DNA from: Candidatus Poribacteria bacterium
GTDB taxonomy: Bacteria > Poribacteria > WGA-4E > UBA9662
DNA length: 40,797 nucleotides
Reading direction: 5' to 3'
Assembly (NCBI GenBank): GCA_046582655.1
Contig: JAYGDX010000257.1
Location: 1-40,797, forward strand
A program made the position numbers and the translations under genes. Numbering within the stretch: position 1 is the first letter of the stretch; the number at the start of each line of letters is the position of its first letter. Under the pieces are notes generated by a model. The model searched no databases and was not told the origin of the DNA. It saw only the letters and a list, made by a program, of their open reading frames with translations. Of the stretch, positions 8,339-18,215 are shown piece by piece.

Positions 8339-9808
8339 CTCTTCAGTAACAACAACGTCATGCGGGTGGCCTTCTTGATACCCACTGCCTGTTATTCGAA
8401 TAAAACGACTATTGAGCCGCAACGACTCGATATCAGGTGTACCGCAATAACCCATTGCAGTCTGAAGACCTCCGACAAATTGATAAACGGACTCGCTCAA
8501 ACTTCCCTTATACGGAACACGACCCTCAATCCCTTCGGGCACCAGTTTAGAAATATCCTCTTCGCCACCTTGCGAATAACGTTCTTTCCCGCCGCGTTTT
8601 CGCATTGCCGAAAGTGATCCCATTCCGCGATAGATCTTAAATTTCCGTCCTTGGTAGATGATTGTTTCTCCAGGGCTTTCTTCCGTTCCGGCAAACAAAC
8701 TACCAATCATTACTGAGCTTGCGCCGGCACCAATTGCCTTGGCGATGTCACCAGAATATCGAATACCACCATCGGCGATGATCGGAATATTGTGCTTGTC
8801 CGCTTCCACAGCGCAATCGTAAATGGCCGTAATCTGAGGAACCCCAATCCCGGCAATAACCCTCGTGGTGCAGACCGATCCTGGTCCAATCCCGACCTTG
8901 ACACCATCTGCACCAGCGTCAATGAGTCTCCGTGTTGCTTCGCCCGTTACCACGTTACCAACAATAAGATCAACATTCGAAAACTCGGATTTCACCATCT
9001 GTACGGCGCGAACAACACTTTTCGAATGACCATGCGCAGTATCAATAACCAGGACATCAACTCTTGCCGCCACGAGCATTCCAATTTCGTCAAGACTTGA
9101 TGAAGGACTAACTGCCGCACCAACTCGAAGCCGGCCTAACTCATCCTTACACGAAGCAGGATATTGCCTAATTTTGTCAATGTCCTTAATGGTAATTAGA
9201 CCATGAAGCCGATAGTCATCATCAACAATAGGAAGTTTCTCTTTTCGAATTTGGTGAAGAATTTTTTTTGCGTCTTCCAGATTAATCCCTGGAGGAGCGG
9301 TTACAAGCTTTTCACGTGGCGTCATCAGTTGCGTCACTGGTATATCACGATTTTCTTCGTACTTAAGATCCCGATTGGTAATCATACCAACCAAGGTTCC
9401 ATCTTCAGAAATGATAGGAACCCCACCAATTTTGTAAAAGGCTGTCACCTCTAGCGCGTCAGCTACCGTTTTATCCGGTGTCAGGGTGATCGGGTGCTCA
9501 ATCATGCCACTTTCGGAACGCTTAACCTTATCGACCTCTTCAACCTGTCGATTAATTGGAAGATTCCGGTGGACAATCCCAACACCACCTTCTCTTGCCA
9601 GAGCAATGGCCAGTTCAGCCTCCGTTACCGTATCCATTGCAGAACTGGAGACCGGAATATTGAGTTGAATATTTGGTGTTAAATACGTTTTGGTATCAGC
9701 TTCGCTCGGAGCAATCTCTGACTCAGATGGCAAAAGCAGAACGTCGTCAAACGTTAGTCCTTCTTTGGCAAACTTTGCATCTGCAAGTTGAAAGTAATTT
9801 TCGCTCAT
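8303..9808 (-). CDS. guaB: IMP dehydrogenase
   Basis: [18 protein letters not shown], a CBS pair, catalytic [24 protein letters not shown] and VPEGIEG. Confidence 0.98.
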   Translation of the reverse strand: MSENYFQLADAKFAKEGLTFDDVLLLPSESEIAPSEADTKTYLTPNIQLNIPVSSSAMDTVTEAELAIALAREGGVGIVHRNLPINRQVEEVDKVKRSESGMIEHPITLTPDKTVADALEVTAFYKIGGVPIISEDGTLVGMITNRDLKYEENRDIPVTQLMTPREKLVTAPPGINLEDAKKILHQIRKEKLPIVDDDYRLHGLITIKDIDKIRQYPASCKDELGRLRVGAAVSPSSSLDEIGMLVAARVDVLVIDTAHGHSKSVVRAVQMVKSEFSNVDLIVGNVVTGEATRRLIDAGADGVKVGIGPGSVCTTRVIAGIGVPQITAIYDCAVEADKHNIPIIADGGIRYSGDIAKAIGAGASSVMIGSLFAGTEESPGETIIYQGRKFKIYRGMGSLSAMRKRGGKERYSQGGEEDISKLVPEGIEGRVPYKGSLSESVYQFVGGLQTAMGYCGTPDIESLRLNSRFIRITGSGYQEGHPHDVVVTEEAPNYSIFSTQL

Positions 9809-9858
9809 ATTGACCTATTTTTCACCAGGAAACAGCTAATTCGATATTGATACTTGGA

Positions 9859-9887
9859 ATTTTATTACAGCAGCCGGAAATTGTCAA
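9859..9887 (-). promoter_or_regulatory. Sigma70-type promoter for guaB
   Basis: Minus strand TTGACA (9887-9882), 17 nt spacer, TAAAAT (9864-9859). Confidence 0.75.
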
Positions 9888-9928
9888 GACACTAAACACC
9901 TTAAATCCAAGACACTAAAGAACCAAAT

Positions 9929-10384
9929 TTGCTTCTTCACCAAAATAAAAAAACGGGGACAGAAACACCTCAAGTTGAGGTCTGGGCCTATAAATATGCA
10001 ATTCAGTTTAGTATCCTACCGGAGATCACCTACCTTGATGATCAGCACTTAACAGCATATTTCCTTGATCAACTACAAGGGATTCCGAGCGGTGTATGGT
10101 TGTCGAACCAAACCTGTGAAGAAGGTATAGATTTTTGCACATTTAATTTTTGGGTCTTCGCAACACATTCAGATAGAATCAAAGAATTTTCAATTTGGTT
10201 CTACGGCCTTTTTCGAGACCAAAATATCTCAGAGAAACTTGAGGTTTTTGTGCTTTCCAACCTTGAGGATTCCAAAGACTTAACAGTAATACTGACAGAT
10301 TGGTCAAGAATCCGGGTGCCGGAGAACGACACTAAAAGAATTATCACTCAAGAAATCAACCAGTGTCCTGAAATATTTAAATAA
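9929..10384 (+). CDS. Hypothetical protein (orphan)
   Basis: A 151-codon ORF fills the gap between guaB and the lolA-like gene. It has a TTG start, no clear RBS and no recognised motif. Confidence 0.5.
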   Translation: MLLHQNKKTGTETPQVEVWAYKYAIQFSILPEITYLDDQHLTAYFLDQLQGIPSGVWLSNQTCEEGIDFCTFNFWVFATHSDRIKEFSIWFYGLFRDQNISEKLEVFVLSNLEDSKDLTVILTDWSRIRVPENDTKRIITQEINQCPEIFK

Positions 10385-10434
10385 AGATTGACAAATTGTA
10401 ATGGGAATGCTACTAATTTAGAAGGGGGATTTTT

Positions 10435-11139
10435 ATGAAACAATACTTTAAATTTGTCCTCATATTATCGTTTATTTGCAACGGTTTGGTGATAGCTCAA
10501 ACAGCTGACCAGATATTGAAAAATTTTAAGAACGAATATCGGAAATCAAAAAATTTCACTGCAGATTTTGTAGAAACAACCATTCACGGGACAAATAAGG
10601 GAACTTCCAATGGACGCCTCACCTTTAGCAAACCAAATTTGCTGAGACAAGATTACCTCAATCAGGAAGACTCAAGTGAGATCGTGCAAACCATTGTTTT
10701 AGATGGCAAGTATTCATGGTCGTATACACCATTGCTAAACCAGGTCAACAAAATGATATGGACAGATCCAGATCGCAAGGAGCTACTTCCAGGAATAGGA
10801 TTTTCTCTTGAAAACCTAGAAGCGAATTACAATTACCAATTAAAAGACGATAAGCTTGCCAAAGAGAAAGGCTTCTATCGTATGGAACTGACGCCAAAAC
10901 CTCACCTCCTTATACAGCAGGGAGACCAGGCAACCATACGCGAAACAATCGAACTTCTTATTGATTCCAAAAATTGGTTACCAGTACAGTTTGGTTATTA
11001 TTCCAACAGTGCAAATAGCAATAATGTAAGTGCCATTATTACGTTGAAGAACATTAAACGCGATCTCCCACTTTCTGATGATCTTTTTAAGTTCATTATA
11101 CCAAAGGGAGCAGAGGTCATCGACATCTCACCCGAATAA
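10435..11139 (+). CDS. Outer-membrane lipoprotein carrier LolA-family protein
   Basis: Signal peptide. FTADFVET...GRLTFSKPNLLR, IVLDGKYSWSYTPLLNQV, and C-terminal LFKFIIPKGAEVID. Confidence 0.85.
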   Translation: MKQYFKFVLILSFICNGLVIAQTADQILKNFKNEYRKSKNFTADFVETTIHGTNKGTSNGRLTFSKPNLLRQDYLNQEDSSEIVQTIVLDGKYSWSYTPLLNQVNKMIWTDPDRKELLPGIGFSLENLEANYNYQLKDDKLAKEKGFYRMELTPKPHLLIQQGDQATIRETIELLIDSKNWLPVQFGYYSNSANSNNVSAIITLKNIKRDLPLSDDLFKFIIPKGAEVIDISPE

Positions 11140-11159
11140 ATCAGTGTCAATCGATTGTT

Positions 11160-11783
11160 ATGGAACATCCATGGTACAAAAAGCAAGTTGCCAACGGTCT
11201 AACAATCTTGCGTTTAGTCCTGATTCCTTTTTTTATTTTCGCTTTTTCCTACCATAAATATATTTTCGCTTTTATTCTTTTTACCATGGCATCATTGACT
11301 GATTTATTTGATGGGATATTAGCTCGGAAATACAATGTTACCAATTTCGGGAAATTCACTGATGCCTTTGCTGATAAACTGCTGATTGCGGCAGCATTAA
11401 TTGTGCTTGCTACTAAGAATGATGGCTTCATTCCAATTTGGATGGTTGTTGTCATTATAATGCGGGAAGTAATTGTTACGATTTTACGATCTGTTTTCAT
11501 TGCCAAACATGGCAGAGTGGTTCCAGCAAACGCTTGGGGAAAAGCAAAAGCACTATCACAAATGATTGTCATATCCACTGCTTTGGCGTTACTGGCTATA
11601 GACCTTTATATTAGAATTGATCCTTATATCGGGATTATTCCTCTTCATAATAGCTACGGTGTGATTTTCGTTATAATGTGTATCCCATTAGTATTGACCG
11701 TTGTCTCAGGGTTTCAATTCTTACACTCAAATAGGAAAGCATTGTTAGGGCTTTTCAGTGCGCAGTATCACCCAGAAAAATAG
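11160..11783 (+). CDS. pgsA: CDP-diacylglycerol--glycerol-3-phosphate 3-phosphatidyltransferase
   Basis: ANGLTILR and the CDP-alcohol motif TDLFDGILARKYNVTNFGKFTDAFADK. Lies in the usual pgsA-thpR-recA context. Confidence 0.9.
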   Translation: MEHPWYKKQVANGLTILRLVLIPFFIFAFSYHKYIFAFILFTMASLTDLFDGILARKYNVTNFGKFTDAFADKLLIAAALIVLATKNDGFIPIWMVVVIIMREVIVTILRSVFIAKHGRVVPANAWGKAKALSQMIVISTALALLAIDLYIRIDPYIGIIPLHNSYGVIFVIMCIPLVLTVVSGFQFLHSNRKALLGLFSAQYHPEK

Positions 11784-11784
11784 A

Positions 11785-12351
11785 ATGATCCGGAATTTTA
11801 TTGCCGTCGATATTCCAGACGAAATTAAAGATAAAATAGCAGAAATCCAGATGGAATTACAGCCGATACTACCAAAGGTATCATGGGTTAAACCATCCAA
11901 CATCCATTTGACGCTAAAATTTCTAGGTGATGTCGCCCCTGAGCAGATTCCGAGCATTGAAGATGTCATCCGTCGTACCGTGGAAGATCAACAACCTTTC
12001 AACATGGAGATTGGTAGTATTGGTGCATTCAAAAATTTCTCGCAACCCAAAGTCTTGTGGATTGGCGTTACAACGAATGCTACACCAATTGCGAAGCTCG
12101 CTGAAAGTCTAGATTCAACTCTCAATTGTCTCAGCTTTCCAAAAGAAGGCAGAAAATTCATTCCCCACCTTACAATCGCGCGAATTAGGAATCGCATTAG
12201 CTTGACTGAGTTTGTCTCATACTTTGATGCATATGACCAAATGGATTATGTTCCCATTCATGTAAAACAGATCTCGCTGATTAAAAGTCAACTCAATTCG
12301 GAAGGAGCAGTTTACACAAAACTTCAAACAGTCCAATTTGGTATTGGATAA
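11785..12351 (+). CDS. thpR: RNA 2',3'-cyclic phosphodiesterase (2H family)
   Basis: RNFIAVD start and two HxT motifs (IHLTLKFLG, PHLTIAR). The ATG at 11785 is preferred over the upstream GTG. Directly upstream of recA. Confidence 0.92.
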   Translation: MIRNFIAVDIPDEIKDKIAEIQMELQPILPKVSWVKPSNIHLTLKFLGDVAPEQIPSIEDVIRRTVEDQQPFNMEIGSIGAFKNFSQPKVLWIGVTTNATPIAKLAESLDSTLNCLSFPKEGRKFIPHLTIARIRNRISLTEFVSYFDAYDQMDYVPIHVKQISLIKSQLNSEGAVYTKLQTVQFGIG

Positions 12352-12431
12352 CTTCAGGTTACCATGACAAATAAAGCAACTCACGCATGTGTAAGACGAT
12401 ATTTTCTATAGAATAAAGGAGGCTTTTAATT

Positions 12432-13493
12432 GTGAATGAAGAAGATGAAAAGGAAAAAGCAATAGACCTAGCAATGCTGCAAATTGAACGTCAGCATGGA
12501 AAAGGTGCGATCATGCGTTTTAACAGCGATCAGATTGTCCCGGTAGAAGCTATCCCGACTGGTTCAATGGCATTAGATATTGCACTTGGTGTCGGTGGTA
12601 TCCCACGCGGCCGAATTATTGAAATGTTTGGAATGGAATCTAGCGGTAAGACTACTCTTGCACTACATGTTATTGCTGAAGCTCAGAAACTAGGTGGTGT
12701 CGTTGCTTTTATTGATGTAGAGCATGCCCTAGATCCTGTTTACACTAGAAACATCGGCGTAGACATGGATAGCTTACTCATTTCGCAACCTGACACTGGC
12801 GAACAAGCGTTGGATATTGTTGAAACATTAATCCGTAGTGGTGCAATTGACGTTATTGTAATTGATTCTGTAGCAGCACTCACACCGGAGGCCGAAATTG
12901 AAGGGGATATGGGGGATACGCATGTTGGACTATTACCACGTCTAATGTCCAAAGCGCTTCGAAAAATCAGCGGTGTGACTAGTAAATCGAAAACTTGCGT
13001 TATCTTCACCAATCAAATTCGTCAAAAAATTGGCGTTATGTTTGGAAACCCCAATACGACACCTGGTGGACTTGCACTAAAGTTTCATGCATCCGTCCGG
13101 TTAGAGATTAAAAGAGCTGAAACCTTAAAGGATGGCAATAATGCAATTGGAAGTCGGACTAAAGTAAAGGTCGTAAAGAATAAGGTTGCTCCGCCATTCA
13201 TAGAAACAGAATTTGATATTATCTTCGGTGAAGGAATATCAAAGGAGGGTGATCTGATTGATGTCGGTGTTGATCGCGAAATAATTCGTAAAAGTGGAGC
13301 TTGGTTCTATTATGGCGATGAACGGCTTGGACAAGGAAAAGGTAATGCAATAAAATATCTGAAAGAAAATCTAGAGATCTCAGGCGAAATTGAAGCTAAA
13401 ATCCGACAGACACTCAACTTTGCTGGCAAACCAACTGATATTTCAGACGAAGTAGAATTAACAGAAGAAAAGGAAGAAGATCTAACAGTCTGA
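12432..13493 (+). CDS. recA: Recombinase A
   Basis: AAAGGAGG RBS with a GTG start. [33 protein letters not shown] and [10 protein letters not shown]. Confidence 0.99.
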   Translation: MNEEDEKEKAIDLAMLQIERQHGKGAIMRFNSDQIVPVEAIPTGSMALDIALGVGGIPRGRIIEMFGMESSGKTTLALHVIAEAQKLGGVVAFIDVEHALDPVYTRNIGVDMDSLLISQPDTGEQALDIVETLIRSGAIDVIVIDSVAALTPEAEIEGDMGDTHVGLLPRLMSKALRKISGVTSKSKTCVIFTNQIRQKIGVMFGNPNTTPGGLALKFHASVRLEIKRAETLKDGNNAIGSRTKVKVVKNKVAPPFIETEFDIIFGEGISKEGDLIDVGVDREIIRKSGAWFYYGDERLGQGKGNAIKYLKENLEISGEIEAKIRQTLNFAGKPTDISDEVELTEEKEEDLTV

Positions 13494-13581
13494 TCCAATC
13501 CAAAAGACCTATTCGCAACTCTATTCTTAGACAGCAACTTTTTGTCGAACAAAATATACTGATCAACAAACCCAATTCTTA

Positions 13582-14496
13582 ATGGTAAAGGACCTAATGC
13601 AGATCAATATTGCTACGGCTCCCGTTTCTTGGGGGGTACTGATGAAAGATACACCTAATGTACCTCCTTATACTCAAGTACTAGACGGAATAAAGGCCGC
13701 GGGGTACAGCGGGACTGAACTTGGCCCATATGGCTATTTGCCCTTTGATATTCCCAAATTGCGTGATCAATTATCACAACGCCAGTTGAAATTGATATCG
13801 GCGTTTACCATCGTCAATTTTATTGACCCGCAAGGACTTCCAGATGTATACCGAGAAGCAGTCACAACAGCACAGGTGTTATCAGCTCTGGACTGTGGTT
13901 GGATAGTACTGTCCGATTCGCTTTTTGTAGCTGAGCACCGATCTAAAAGAGCTGGGCGTATTCGGCCAGAAGATAGCTTGGACACGAATGGTTGGAATAC
14001 CTTTTCCAGTAATGTGGATGCCTTCGCCCAAATGGTTTGGGAAGAATTTGGTTTGAAGTCCGTCATCCATCCACATGTTGGCGGTTATCTGGAAACGCCG
14101 ACCGAGATTGATGCCGTACTGGAACGCACCAACCCGGAAGTGGTCGGCCTCTGTTTTGACATGGCACACATTACCTATGGAGGTGGCAACCCGGTTGCCG
14201 TGCTCAATAAGTGGCGCGACCGCGTCTGGTATTTGCACATCAAAGACTGCAATCAGAATATTTTACAAAATGTGTTGAAAGAAGAAGGCAACTACTTTGA
14301 TGGAGTTATCGCTGGTGTCTTTCCTGAACTAGGAGGAGGAACGGTTGACTTTATTACCATTCGCAATATTCTAGATGAAATGAACTATCAAGGATGGGGC
14401 ACGGTTGAGCAAGATATCCTTCCCGGCACGAATGCGGACCCGCTGACCAGCGCCAAGCGAAACCGGGCTTATCTGCTGGAAACACTGGGTTGGTAA
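13582..14496 (+). CDS. IolE-like (myo-inosose-2 dehydratase / xylose isomerase-like TIM barrel) protein
   Basis: IATAPVSWG, GTELGPYG, HPHVG, CFDMAH, HIKD, ELGGGTVDF and VEQD. The true start may be the ATG at 13597. Confidence 0.82.
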   Translation: MVKDLMQINIATAPVSWGVLMKDTPNVPPYTQVLDGIKAAGYSGTELGPYGYLPFDIPKLRDQLSQRQLKLISAFTIVNFIDPQGLPDVYREAVTTAQVLSALDCGWIVLSDSLFVAEHRSKRAGRIRPEDSLDTNGWNTFSSNVDAFAQMVWEEFGLKSVIHPHVGGYLETPTEIDAVLERTNPEVVGLCFDMAHITYGGGNPVAVLNKWRDRVWYLHIKDCNQNILQNVLKEEGNYFDGVIAGVFPELGGGTVDFITIRNILDEMNYQGWGTVEQDILPGTNADPLTSAKRNRAYLLETLGW

Positions 14497-14567
14497 CATG
14501 TGACAGTTTTGTAATAATCTAAGTCATCTACACAGTTGACGGACAATTTTTTCGGAGGTCGACGTTT

Positions 14568-15383
14568 GTGTCTCATCTGAACTCGCTTGAGGGTAAATAC
14601 GCCATCATTACCGGTAGCACCCAAGGATTAGGTGAAGCGACTGCGCGGTTGTTTGCCGATCGAGGTGCCGCCGGCATTATCGTCACAGGTCGGAACTCGG
14701 AACGCGGCAAGGCGGTTGCCAACGATTTGAAATCAGCTGGCTGCCAAGCACATTTTGTACAAGCGCATCTAGAAAATGTTTCAGAATGCAAACGCATTGT
14801 AGCCGTTGCGGATGAAGCCTTCGGCCAAATTCATATACTGGTGAATTCTGCTGCTACCACGGATCGAGGTACCATCTGGGACTCATCAGTAGAGCTATGG
14901 GATCATATTATGGCAGTTAATGTTCGTGCACCTTTCCTTTTGATACAAGATGTTCTTCAGACTATGAAACGTGAAGGTATTGAGGGATCAATCGTGAATG
15001 TCACCAGCATCGCTGCCTATGGTAGTCAGCCTCATCTCACACCTTATGCAACTTCAAAAGGGGCATTGGTAACACTGACCAAGAATGTTGCTTACGCAGT
15101 TATGCGTCACCGTATTCGTCTGAACGCTCTGAACCTTGGTTGGATGGACACACCAGGTGAAGATCTGATTCAGCGAAAATATCATAGTGATGGAAATGAT
15201 TGGCTAGATGACGCAGAAGCGAAACAACCTTTTGGTCGTCTGATTAAAGTGGCAGAAGCAGCCCGCGCAATTGCCTATTTAGCTTCTGGAGAATCCGGTT
15301 TAATGACAGGTTCAATAATTGATTTTGATCAGTCGGTCCTAGGAGGTGGGGAAATGCCGAGGCCTCCACCCGATTTGATTTAA
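14568..15383 (+). CDS. SDR-family NAD(P)-dependent oxidoreductase
   Basis: [21 protein letters not shown], and catalytic YATSK. Confidence 0.93.
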   Translation: MSHLNSLEGKYAIITGSTQGLGEATARLFADRGAAGIIVTGRNSERGKAVANDLKSAGCQAHFVQAHLENVSECKRIVAVADEAFGQIHILVNSAATTDRGTIWDSSVELWDHIMAVNVRAPFLLIQDVLQTMKREGIEGSIVNVTSIAAYGSQPHLTPYATSKGALVTLTKNVAYAVMRHRIRLNALNLGWMDTPGEDLIQRKYHSDGNDWLDDAEAKQPFGRLIKVAEAARAIAYLASGESGLMTGSIIDFDQSVLGGGEMPRPPPDLI

Positions 15384-15422
15384 ACGGCAAACCAACAATC
15401 CATAACTAGTCACTTTTCACCT

Positions 15423-17120
15423 TTAAGCTGATGCCGGCTTAGCAATAAAAAGAAAGATTAGAACAATTACTCCCGTTGCAAATGTGATCAAGAACCACGG
15501 TGGAAATCCAAATGCTGCAGGCAAATATCCACAGATAATTGCGAGCCCTGCCACCGTTAAACTATATGGTAATTGCGTCCGAACATGGTGAATGTGGTCA
15601 CATGAACTGGAAATCGAACTCATAATAGTGGTATCGGAAATCGGGGAACAGTGATCCCCGAAGATCGATCCGTCAAGTACAGCACCGAGACAAATAATCG
15701 TTGTAATACCGTAGGTAGATCCATCTAGACCAAAAGCAATTGGCGTGGCAGTTGGAATCAAAATTGCCATTGTCCCCCAACTGGTACCAGTTGCAAATGA
15801 TGTTAACGCGGCAACAACAAAGATAATTGCTGGAAACCAGACTGGTGAGAGCACGTTGCTAACTATCGCCCCCAAAAACCCCCCTGTCTGTAGGGCGTCG
15901 CAAACTGCTTTTAATCCCCAAGCAAAAACCAGAATCAACGTCGGTAACAGGCTACCGCTCAGCCCTAGAAGGATTGCTTTGAATGTCTGACCAAAGCCAA
16001 TTCTTGAAATAGCGATTGCACAAATAATTGCCGTAAATAATCCAATACCTGAACCAATCGCCAAGACTTGAACGTTATTGCCTTCTTCAGATACTTTTGA
16101 TAAAATCCTTCGCCAATTTGTCCATGACAAGAAAGATCCTGAACTTCCTCCATAAAACCAAAATGCTGCGGCCATAGTACCAAATAGCATCACGATCGGA
16201 ATTATAGCGGATAAGGAGGAAACTTTCGCAACCGGATTATAACTTAGTGTTGAAAAGATTTTTGACGTCATCGGCGTTGCGTCTGCTGCTAGAATAGCTC
16301 CATGTGAATGTGATCGCTTTTCTGCTTTCAACATCTCACCAAAATCACGTCCGCTAATCACGTTAGTAAACACAAAAATGAGCATCATGAGACAGTAGAA
16401 CCGATAACCTAGCGCATCGAAAAACATCGAGTACCCGTCTTTGTCAATTCCAATCGATTCAGCTGTTGCAGCAAAAAGGAATATCTCATAACCGATCCAC
16501 GTGCTTACAATCGCTAATCCTGCAACTGGTGCAGTTGTTGCGTCAACTAGAAATGCCAGTTTTTCTCGGGAAATTTTTTTTTGATCTGTCACTGGTCGCA
16601 TCGCGGAACCGACGATCATCGTGTTAGCATAGTCATCAATGAAAATGGCTAATCCCATCAACACTGTCACCAATTGTGTTGATCTGGAACCCTTAGCAAA
16701 CTGTGATAACCAATTAATAACACCTTGCATTCCCCCCGATATAATCATCACTGAAATCATCGATAAAATCAGTAAGATAAAAATGATTACTTGAAGATTA
16801 AAAGTCCCAATTACTGATTTAAAAACTGACCAACTTTCACTTCCGAGTATCAAGAACCATGGCATTTCAGAACCGATATCTTTCTGTACTGACGATAGAA
16901 TTACACCAATCCCGATAGCTACACCCAAGCTTGTCAATACGCGATTGGTTACAATTGCCATTGTGATTGCCAAAAGCGGCGGTATGATACTGTACCAAAC
17001 GATTTCAGTTTGATTAAATTGCCACGCCCCCCAAATAGCTAAGAGGCAAATCAATACAAAAATGGCTATGGGAATTGAGATCTTCAGTTTAGGATCGACA
17101 TTGCCCTTTATATCCTTCAT
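15423..17120 (-). CDS. Na+/H+ antiporter NhaC-family protein (likely a solute or amino acid transporter)
   Basis: IFIDDYAN, SREKLAFLVDAT, SFATGTSWGT and FGDHCSPISDTTIMSS. Confidence 0.9.
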   Translation of the reverse strand: MKDIKGNVDPKLKISIPIAIFVLICLLAIWGAWQFNQTEIVWYSIIPPLLAITMAIVTNRVLTSLGVAIGIGVILSSVQKDIGSEMPWFLILGSESWSVFKSVIGTFNLQVIIFILLILSMISVMIISGGMQGVINWLSQFAKGSRSTQLVTVLMGLAIFIDDYANTMIVGSAMRPVTDQKKISREKLAFLVDATTAPVAGLAIVSTWIGYEIFLFAATAESIGIDKDGYSMFFDALGYRFYCLMMLIFVFTNVISGRDFGEMLKAEKRSHSHGAILAADATPMTSKIFSTLSYNPVAKVSSLSAIIPIVMLFGTMAAAFWFYGGSSGSFLSWTNWRRILSKVSEEGNNVQVLAIGSGIGLFTAIICAIAISRIGFGQTFKAILLGLSGSLLPTLILVFAWGLKAVCDALQTGGFLGAIVSNVLSPVWFPAIIFVVAALTSFATGTSWGTMAILIPTATPIAFGLDGSTYGITTIICLGAVLDGSIFGDHCSPISDTTIMSSISSSCDHIHHVRTQLPYSLTVAGLAIICGYLPAAFGFPPWFLITFATGVIVLIFLFIAKPASA

Positions 17121-17147
17121 CTTTCTTACAACCTTCTATCGGGACAC

Positions 17148-17190
17148 AAAAAAGATCGGCAAATTACACAAATTTTTGCCGATCTCTTTC
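17148..17190 (-). terminator. Rho-independent terminator after the 17202-17954 gene (possibly bidirectional)
   Basis: An 11-bp stem AGATCGGCAAA (17153-63) / TTTGCCGATCT (17175-85). The A-run on the left is a U-tract on the minus strand. Confidence 0.8.
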
Positions 17191-17201
17191 TAATCGATGA
17201 A

Positions 17202-17954
17202 TCACTTGCCCATTTCTTTTAAATTCTTCAGACAAATATCAACACATTCTAGGGGAGAAAAAGCATAGCTCTCTTGTTCAACAATATACCATTCAGTTGA
17301 TCCGATTGATTCACACAGTTTAAATATCTCTTGCCAATTGACGTCACCTTCACCGATTAAAGCTTTATTATTTGTGGCTGAAAGCTCTTTTAAGTGTACT
17401 GTCTGCGCACGTCCAGGATAACGTTCAATGAATGGTGCAACATCGACATCAGCATGCAACGCGTTACCAGTATCAAGTTGCATTACTACCTCTTTACGCG
17501 TGTTACCAAAAAATATATCCCATGGATATTCACCGTCCATCTTTTTGAATTCAGCACTATGATTATGATAGCCTGTCTGCATTCCGTGTTCGGCAACACG
17601 TTCAGCGATCCCATCAAATATCTTGGCGGTCTCCAGCCAAGCAGATGTCGTAGATGTCCTTTCTCCCGATAACCCTGGAACAATCAGGTACTTATTGCCG
17701 AGTATTTGATTATACTCTATGGTTGCTGGCAGTTCATCACCTAAAAGTGTGTCCAAACCTGTGTGAGTACCAATAACTTGTAAACCGAGATCGTCACACA
17801 TCTTTCTTAGATCTTCGGCGCTATGTCCATAATACCCAGCGAACTCAACTCCTTCATACCCCATTTTTGCTACAGCTTCCAGGGTTCCTGCTGTATCCTC
17901 AGCAGCGTCTTCACGTACCGAATAAAGTTCTAACGCAATTGGGATTCTGCTCAT
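17202..17954 (-). CDS. Sugar phosphate isomerase/epimerase (xylose isomerase-like TIM barrel)
   Basis: AAGGAG RBS. LELYSVR, GYEGVEFAG, GYHNHSAEF, QLDTG, VHLKE and YIVEQE. Confidence 0.92.
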   Translation of the reverse strand: MSRIPIALELYSVREDAAEDTAGTLEAVAKMGYEGVEFAGYYGHSAEDLRKMCDDLGLQVIGTHTGLDTLLGDELPATIEYNQILGNKYLIVPGLSGERTSTTSAWLETAKIFDGIAERVAEHGMQTGYHNHSAEFKKMDGEYPWDIFFGNTRKEVVMQLDTGNALHADVDVAPFIERYPGRAQTVHLKELSATNNKALIGEGDVNWQEIFKLCESIGSTEWYIVEQESYAFSPLECVDICLKNLKEMGK

Positions 17955-18001
17955 TTCAAAAACTCCTTAAATACAAGTAAGTAGATTAACTGATAATTTT
18001 C

Positions 18002-18031
18002 ATTTTACTTTGGAAACTACGATTCGGTCAA
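18002..18031 (-). promoter_or_regulatory. Putative sigma70 promoter for the 17202-17954 gene
   Basis: Minus strand TTGACC (18031-18026), 18 nt spacer, TAAAAT (18007-18002). Confidence 0.55.
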
Positions 18032-18215
18032 GCAACGATTTTTTCGCTAGCTACTCGTCCGGAACAAAACGACACGATTCTTTGAACCTGGAAATGTCAG
18101 AGTTCGATTAATAACATCAAACAGGAAAAACCTCAAAGGGGTTAAAGATCTCCATGGATTTAGCGGGAATCAAAGATAACCTGTTTTACTTTGTACCATC
18201 AACTGTCAGGAATAT

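Noticed and set aside
18035..18215. Possible ncRNA or small gene downstream of der
   Set aside because: There is no recognisable RNA family, strong hairpin or credible ORF. An Rfam search is still worthwhile.
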